Shown: in pieces, positions 56,446 to 64,000 of the stretch
Numbering within the stretch: position 1 is the stretch's first letter
Layout: the number at the start of each line of letters is the position of its first letter
Assembly (NCBI GenBank): GCA_946965045.2
Contig: OX337234.1
Coordinates: 3,472,001-3,536,000, forward strand
DNA: 64,000 nucleotides
Reading direction: 5' to 3'
From: Epithemia pelagica
Taxonomy: Eukaryota > Protista > Bacillariophyta
Notes under the pieces: model-generated
What the model saw: only the letters and a program-made list of their open reading frames with translations
Databases searched by the model: none
What the model was told of the DNA's origin: nothing
Position numbers and translations under genes: made by a program

Positions 56446-58366
56446 TCATTCACGGTCATCAAGATTTCGTTTCAAAGTGAGTCTCTGCGCTTGTGCTATC
56501 TCTACCCTGTTTCCATTACGCTCTAGCGCTTTTGCCACATGATCGCAGTTGAAAAACAACGGGGTGCTGATTTCTTCCAGTATCATGTAATGTCCATCAT
56601 ACATTGAAGAATGCACCAGTCCGATGACCTCAACGTTGTCCCTCACATTGGGATATTTCTTGTCGATGAAGCCCCGTGCAGCTACTATTGCGCTTTCTAC
56701 CCGTGATTTATTGTCGTCAACAATCAACAGTCCCTTGTGCTTGGCTCCCGTGTAGTTAGTTTTGCCTTCTTTGAAGAAGCGACTCGCATGTTCCTGTAAA
56801 AATGGCTGAGAGGAAAATGAATGTGATCAGTGGCAAACGCTGTAGAACCGCCGAGTTGCATGGGCTGATTTCACTTACTGCACCCCGAGATGCCAAAACG
56901 GTATAAATAGCGAAATTTTCATATGCGTCATTGTCCTTTTTTAAGGTCACGACAATATTTGTTTTCCCTCTCCCGCCCCGCGGGTTTGCAACCGTAACGT
57001 TCAATTTCTTTAGAACAGCTGAGATTGCGTCATTGTAGTTGTCTTCATGAGGCATGTGGAGGTGATTTAATGAGCTCTGTAACTTCCCGTCCTCATCGGG
57101 GATGCTGTTGTCGACAACATTCGCCAAGGAAAGGTAAGGGAGAAAACGAGCCGTCAGATCAGCAGTGCTTGAGGGGGTTTTCTTTTCTGGCATCAACTTG
57201 GCACTCAAGCCTTGAAACCCAAATGCATCATAGTAGTGCTGTGCCATGATTGAATTTGAGATCCCGAAGCGCGCCGTGGTTGTCTCAGTCCAGTCACACG
57301 CGACGAATTCCTGGTCTCCTTCCGTTCGCTCTGGTTCCAAGAAGCCAGCAATTGTTAATTCTCGCTCCTTCCCATTCAGCTCTGAGGCAAACTTGGAGCC
57401 TCCATATAGGACTTCAGCAAACTCACGTGGGATATTCGTCCTATCCCCATATGGGCCGTTGACTCTGACAGCTCGCGACAGTTTCAAATGACCTCTCAGG
57501 CCCACATCCCATCCTCCGCCCCCCTTCTGTCGGCTCTGCTCCAGGGACTCCTTCACTTGTGACAACGTGTCTTGATAATCCCACACTTGGTCTCGACCAT
57601 TCTGGGAATCTTGAACCCATTTCAAGGCATGCATGAAAAGTCCACGGCGACCGGCGCAAAACAGTACAAGGAATTGTAGCTAGTCTGCACTCAAGTAAAC
57701 ACTCGCTCGTTTGAGAAGCTCCGACAACTCATGCATGTCGGGAATGGGTGGGTACCACATAAACTTTGCATTGATTTCCTTGGGGGTGCCAATGAGTGCG
57801 TTGTTGCTCTGGAGCAATCCGGTCGCTGCAGCGGAAAACAAGAGCACTCTTGGCCGATCACGGCTCGACCAATTTTTCGGCTGGCACACAACCAAGTCGT
57901 TCACGTTGGCAGACGAGAAAAGACGATGGGCTTCGTCGATAACTATTGTCTTGTTGGCCCTGGCAATTTGCTTCAAGGCTTTAACAGCGGCATTGTACGC
58001 GATTCCCTCCACCTCTGGCAGGTGCAAAACACCATCATTGTAACCCGCTGCTTCGATGATGTTATGATACCACCCAATGTCGTCCGCGGATGGTTGCAGT
58101 TCCACAAACTCTTCCGGAAAATTCTCTACCATATATCTGACAAGAGTGCTCTTTCCACAAGCTTCACCTGCTCGAATAAATACCACATTGTCGTTTGGTG
58201 TGTTGGCCATTAGTGTTTGGAGTTTTGCAATGGTGCTGTCCACGGATATGAAAACGTCGCGGTCCGCTTCAGCCACGTTTCCGGTTTGGATCCGCAGTGG
58301 CGGCGGGTTGCTTGCAGCAGCAGGAGCAGCAGTGGGTGGGATTGCTTCGGTCGTAGTTCCTTCCAT
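56446..58366 (-). pseudogene. Crinkler-related P-loop NTPase + restriction-endonuclease-like (REase) gene with an in-frame TAG (57680-57682) and intron 56794-56878
   Basis: Walker A AGEACGKST and Walker B IVIDEAH. The frame continues through the stop (AD*LQFLVLFCAGRRGLFMHAL). C-terminal PHEDNY...GRGKTNIVV...FAIYTVLA...|EHASRF after splicing GTAAGT...TTTACAG. Family assignment is by motif recall. Confidence 0.7.
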
Positions 58367-58726
58367 CGTCGTCCTCGTCCTTTGCGGTTTCGGAATAGCA
58401 TGAGTGTGTCCCACAACGACAGGGAGAAAAACAGGAGCGTCGTCGTTGACTTCCCTCTGTATACATGAAAGTCTGTCATTTCACTCCTCTCTATGATTGA
58501 ACGGATGGATGCAAACGCGACTGGAAATAGACCACACCCCAGCAGATAAGGATAAGGATTTGGTCGCATATTTTCGCGATATTTCGTGATCACAATAAAC
58601 TCAATTCCGAGTACATTTACCCCGCGCGCGGAGGCGTTAACGGTACTCAAACCCCATGGAAAATACACAATCATGTCACGCTTCACGCTCTCGTAGTCTA
58701 TACTCTAGCAATCGAGAAGAGAAGAT

Positions 58727-59754
58727 ATGGTATCACCTTTGACGACGTCTTCGTCGCCAGAGGATGATGTTGTATTCTTGTTTCATTCCGTGTCGGATGC
58801 CATAACCCTGGCATCCATTGCTCTTACAAGCAGCGGAAGTAACAGCAGCCACCAACAACCACCATCCAGTGACAAGTCGATCAACAAGGAGGAGGACGAA
58901 TACCAGGCCTGCCTGGACCAGATTCGAAACCGGCAACCACAAGACGATGACGAACCCGCCAAACCCACGGAAAGGGGAATTCGATTTGGTGGAGTCTGTC
59001 GAGTCCATGCAAATGACGACACAGCTGCAAGAAGGACTACTTGTCACTGTGAGGCAACCAATAAGTCCTTTGAAGTGGGTTTGGTGGTAGTGGGTTGGTC
59101 CGTGTTGATCCAACGATTTTCGGTTCCGTCATCCTCCTCTGCAGGAGTACCCATTAAGATACCGGCCATTCTCTTTCGGTACGGAAAAACAAGTTATTTG
59201 ATACCTGTTTCTGGTACTACAGACGTGTTGTCGTCGGATTGCATTGCCCTCATGGCAAGAGTCGCCCACTTGGATCCAGGATCTCTCAAGGTAACTCAAA
59301 ATATGCATACTATGCTCTCATTTCTTGGACAAGAATCCTCCCTCACCACGATTTGTCGCCTGGCTTGTTTGCGTTTCCATGTCTTTTTGTGTGTCTTGGC
59401 CTCTGCTAGATTTTGCACAAGGGCAAAGTCTTGTATCCGCCCAAACCATCCGCAGCATCTTCTATCAGTAGCCAACTTTTGCAGCAGATGCTCACGTTGT
59501 CCCACCTGACGGATTCCGACCAGAAGAAACCAGTGACGCATCATCGTCTCATTTCCTTTTATGGAAAACCATCCTTGTTGGTGGTAGGAACCCCTTATGG
59601 TCAGCAGGTCCCTTCCAAAGAACAAAAAGGCCACAATGATGACGACACGCATAACACGCCCTGGATGTGGGTAGTCGTTCCTCTAGTGGTCGTCGTGGTC
59701 GGTGTCTACCTGGCCTCGAACCACAGTCACCCTGTGGCCCCGAAACCATCTTGA
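58727..59754 (+). CDS. Ubiquitin-like domain protein with C-terminal TM segment (exons 58727-59290, 59410-59754; 302 aa)
   Basis: Splicing AAG|GTAACT...CTAG|ATT yields LFRYGKTSYLIPV...LDPGSLK-ILHKGKVL...SLLVVGT (UBL-like strands and the L-I-x-K-G-K-x-L motif), followed by hydrophobic WMWVVVPLVVVVVGVYLA. The N-terminus is uncertain. Confidence 0.55.
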
Positions 59755-60175
59755 TCAAAAGGGCGGCAGAAAAAACAAGCAGGAACAGAGCCTCATTGTC
59801 TCTATACTGCCCAAAACACACGAGACAAGACTTCTGCAAACACACTACAAGATGTTTTTTTAACTGAAAGACAGGAAATTGAGCTGTCATTCTCTCCAAA
59901 TCTATGTGAGTCTCGCGCAGAAGGATCGTTCCCACAAGTTTCAACGGACGAGAATGGCTTGGTATCAACCTTCAAGGACGCAAACCAATGCTACAAACGG
60001 TGCCATACAATAGCAACTCTTGTCAAATGTCTATCGCGGTTCGGTTGCAGTGACACTCTCCGAGATTGGCAAGCAAGGACAACAGTGGTGAGCAACAATG
60101 CCATCACACCACCAATAACACAATGACAGCACTAGTAGCAACCGAATTCAGGGTCAATGGGAACGCCCCTGTGCC

Positions 60176-61812
60176 TCATCGTTTGTCGTTCCTGGTCTGA
60201 TTGGAATCGGAACGACACTTGGCATGATGCGCCAGTTCCTGCGTCACGATACGGTGGGATTCTTGAACAATGTCCGGGGGTGCAACCCGCCAAGTATCCA
60301 ATGGTCGTCGCGGAAAGGGCGTATACACCACGTGTTGTTGTTGCTGGCCCTGAAACATGGCGGGAGTGTAGGAAAAGGTACTCTTGCTCAAAAAGACGAC
60401 ATTTGCCGTGACAATGTGCTTCCAGACCTTACCTTGGGGAGTATCCAATTCCAATTGGCAGACTGGATGCTTGCCATTCCCGTGTTGCTGATACAATTGA
60501 TTGCAGGCATCTTCAAACAGAGTCCAATTTTCATAGGGAGAATCGGATACCGAAAAGATTTGAATGAGCAAGTGACGATCGTGGGGCAATCCAATGGGAC
60601 GTGAGGTTCGACAGGCACGTCGATTGCTACGATGACGATACATCCAACATGGTCTCAATTGTTGCAATCGTTTGGTTGGTGACAAGGATCCATGGGAGGG
60701 GGTTGGTGGCAAAAAGTGTTGCAACAAGGCCAGGTAATGTGCATTGGGCAAATATCGTCCTTGATGATGTTCGGAACAGGGTGTGACATCGCCTCGTCGA
60801 ATGTGAATGGCCACACGAAAATAGGACGACTGCATCGTGGTGTCATGGAAGAGAGAAGAAGAATTCGAGGCTCCCTGCATGTCCTGATTCTTGGTCTTAT
60901 CGTCGTCTACCGATACGGCTCGGGTGGTAGTGGTATGGTGGCGCATTTCTTGTAACCACGGATCGGCCAAACTATTGGTAAAAAATGTCGACGGTGGTTC
61001 TCGAACACTATGATAGAGCTTTCGATCGGTAAATCCTTGCCCCAGAGTGGCATTGGGACAAGCCATGGGCAAGAGGTGGTTCCATCCCATGGTTTGGAGA
61101 ATGTGTTGGACGGCTGCCGCCCTCGAGACTTGATGCTTACGATACAGGTCTGGACAATATCCGCCATAGGGCAACCCCTTCATTCGTGCATAATAACTGG
61201 CATCCATCATTTCCGTAATCACCATGCCTGCGATGTGTTGCATCAATCGTTAAAATAGGTAAGGAGAGTACTAGTTTGAGTAAAAGAGTGAGAATTGTAA
61301 TGCGACAGAGTGCCGTTTGTTTGAAACCAAACGCTAGGCGCACAGACAAACCCAGACACCTGGAAAGGAAGCGTGCCTCTTTTCAATCCCTGAGGGAATC
61401 TAGGGACTCCCTCCAAACACACGAGAAACACGACATAGCAGCAACAAAACGTAGTTATTGGACGGTGAATATACGTACCAGATCGATCGTGTCGAGCTCT
61501 GGCAAAGACAGCCACGGGAGAAGTCGTGGTTGTCGTTGTAGAGTTGTTGGTGGTGTTCCATTTCGGATAGGGGGATGCCTCGGACAAGCGTGTCGTGGAT
61601 GGTTCCATGAGAGGAATCCAATCCAAAAACGAAAAAGAAGCGTCTGATGACGATCCACCAATGGAAGAGATGCGAGAGGCATTCCAAAAAGTCAGTAGTG
61701 TTGCACCCATTGACAATACTGCAAGACCAACCAGACGATGCTTCATCTTGCAGCAGGAACCGAACGAGCGTCGTGAATGCGTTCCACAACCACCACCGTG
61801 ATTCCCTGCCAT
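60176..61812 (-). CDS. Type II membrane GT11/GT23-like (fucosyltransferase-like) glycosyltransferase (exons 61812-61479, 61227-60176; ~461 aa)
   Basis: Signal-anchor RLVGLAVLSMGATLLTFW. ARHDRSG|MVITEM across a GT-AG intron. VAIHIRRGDV and VFLSKSTFSY motifs typical of GDP-fucose-binding GT-B enzymes. Confidence 0.7.
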
Positions 61813-61844
61813 TATTATGAAACGAGAAGATGATGCGGATCCGT

Positions 61845-61916
61845 TTCTGCTTCTGCTTCTGCTTCTGCTTCTGCTTCTGCTGATGCTGATGCTGATGCTG
61901 ATGCTGATGCTGATGC
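61845..61916 (+). repeat. Compound microsatellite (TTCTGC)6(TGATGC)6 just upstream of the glycosyltransferase ATG
   Basis: Seen directly. Confidence 0.9.
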
Positions 61917-62572
61917 TTTTCCCTTGTGTATTCGACTGCAGGGGCAATGGACGGCAACGAAACGAGTAGCATGAATGACAGCAGTTGTCGTGGTCGTCAT
62001 TGCTTCTCGATGGCTTATGCTTCGCTTCAGGGTCGCCTTTATGCACAGGATCAGTCGTGGCGATCATTCACGAGTACCTCTGGGACTCTCAATCGTGTTG
62101 GTCCCATTCACGAACCTCGCAGGTCCTTCGAGTCCCCGCGGGAGCGAACTCTTGATGTTCCTCTCGGCTACCTCCTTATCCCGATGTCAATTTGTTATGG
62201 TAGTTGCTTTATCCAGACATGGAAGAGCGGGATTACTGGTGTTGTTGCTCGACCATTGCCTTCTCAACAACCTCTTGTCTCTCTAGAAAACCAGAGTCGA
62301 ATATGTTCTCCTCGTCGCCCAGATACCACGGAGAAATCATGGAGGGTCGTTTGATGACAGTTCTCTAGTAGAAAGGGTTATAACAGATGGTTGGATTGAC
62401 TTTCTTAATATTGTGTTTCCCCCGCTTATTGCTAGGTATCTGTGTATACTATCATATGAATTGAACGATCTCTCATCTGGCATGCGTTTTTGTGGGTCTG
62501 CATCGAAGAACTGCCAGTGAATTTGGTATTGACATAAAACGGCTTCCTCCTCCAATGGGGCTGGTCTTTGTA

Positions 62573-64000
62573 TTAAGCCACGGCGATGAGAGGTCCCTCG
62601 TCTTGAAAGGGCTCTTCCTCGTCCTTCAAGGAATCGTCACTATACTCCCGATGATTTTTGGAGTTACCTTGTTGTGATCCCACAATAACTCCTCCGGATT
62701 CAATTTGTTCCATGAGTTTCTCTCGATCCTTGTTGTCGCCAGACAGGATCAGGTCTTGTTCGTCTTCGAGAGGATCGTCCTCTTCTTCTTGTTCCTTGGC
62801 AAAGGCTTGGAGGGCTTCTTCCTTGAATTCTTCGACAATTTGTTGTCCTCGGGCAAGCCATTCGAGTTTGTTGCGGGTGGCATAGTTCAAATACTCATCA
62901 CTCGATACGCCAAAGACACCGCATTCCTTGAGTTTCTTGGCCAGGGGAATAATGTAATGTTCCAAAAAGCCCAATTCGCCTTGATACCAAAACTCCGAGG
63001 GATCCTTGGTTCCACCACGACCCTGTTTGTAGGCCCGGTAGAGTTCCTGGAACAAGCGACCATTCCATTTTTGGTAAATTTGAAAATGTTGCATCGTATG
63101 GGCGACATCCGAAGCTTGAATCAAGTGCTCCAAGACAATCGTCGCTTTGCGATTGACAATGTCGGTCGCATCTTCGTTGGGGGCACCCTCCGAAAAGGCT
63201 GTGGCCCAACGACGTTTTCGTTCCGCTCCCAAATCCTTGTCGGCAATCTATGTAATTCACCAACAACACAAGTGTGTGAGAACAAGTCATGCAAGAACAA
63301 TCCATGTTGTTGTCATGTGTTAGATTCCTTACATCTGTCGCCATGACGGAGTTTACCAAGAGTTGACGGAATCGTTTAAGTTCGGCGGTGGTAGAATAAA
63401 TGGCGTATCGAAGATCCTTGTACTGATCTTGCATCAACAACCCCCAAGCCAAACTCACGGAATTTTGTTCCGCCACACTCTTGTTCTGGTACTGCAATGC
63501 CAGGGGATCTTTTTCCTTGACCAGTTGGGCATTGGGCACACCGGTATGATCCAAATCATGGATAATGGCCGACAAGGCACCTGCGAAGATGATAGATATA
63601 TGTGATTCAACAACAATGAGTGTCTGGAAATGAGCAAAGGAAAACAATTGCATGTGCTCATGGACTGCTGGACTCGAGATGATATGTACTTACAAGCAAA
63701 CTGGGTAAGTGGATCCGAGGTGATCCCGTAGGTGTGGTCATGGAGCATCTGTTCTGTATTGGTTTGTTGTTCGTTGTCGGTAGTATCAAAGGCCGGCGCA
63801 ATAATACGGGACATGAGTTTCACGACGGACATGGCCACATGAGAGGCATGTTCAAAATTGTGAAAAGGATTGTCCTGGTAAAAACCGGCAATTTCGGTAA
63901 CCAAGAGCTTGAGCTGTTCCTTGACAATATCCGACAGTTCTACCCGTACTGATGTACGACCGCTGTTGGACGACGTGTTGCAAGGAGGGAGTTTGATGAT
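62573..64000 (-). CDS. 3' end of a class I cyclic-nucleotide phosphodiesterase domain protein (introns 63581-63693, 63248-63332); runs off the window
   Basis: NPFHNFEHASHV, IIHDLDH, SVAEQNS, VMATD|IADK and LIQASDV motifs, all joined by GT-AG splicing. It resembles diatom cyclase-PDE fusions, but the cyclase part is not visible. Confidence 0.92.

Noticed and set aside
1-64000. tRNA or rRNA genes
   Set aside because: No cloverleaf or rRNA-like sequence recognised by eye. The tRNA-complementary PBS is not a tRNA gene.

Overview
Eukaryotic genomic DNA with spliceosomal GT-AG introns, Q/S-rich genes and diatom-type Copia elements. It is most consistent with a pennate diatom (inference; a Seminavis-like genome is plausible). 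The window is a TE-rich, gene-family-rich region. It contains (i) six paralogs of a Sec14/CRAL-TRIO-like + C-terminal atypical bZIP protein (four apparently intact, one split by an LTR retrotransposon, one frameshifted). (ii) A complete, apparently young 10.5-kb Ty1/Copia element (7956-18452) with identical 770-bp LTRs, non-canonical AG...GT termini, a half-tRNA-iMet PBS and a ~1100-aa extra, partly hydrophobic insert in its single ORF. (iii) A second, defective 6.45-kb Copia element with 81-bp LTRs. (iv) At least five non-autonomous TIR DNA elements. (v) Ordinary genes: succinyl-CoA ligase alpha, HMG-box, vWA, GT11-like glycosyltransferase, UBL-TM protein, ShKT-like secreted-type protein and the 3' end of a cyclic-nucleotide PDE. 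(vi) A pseudogenised Crinkler-related NTPase+REase gene beside a partial segmental duplication. No rRNA, tRNA or CRISPR was seen. All alignments and counts were done by eye.
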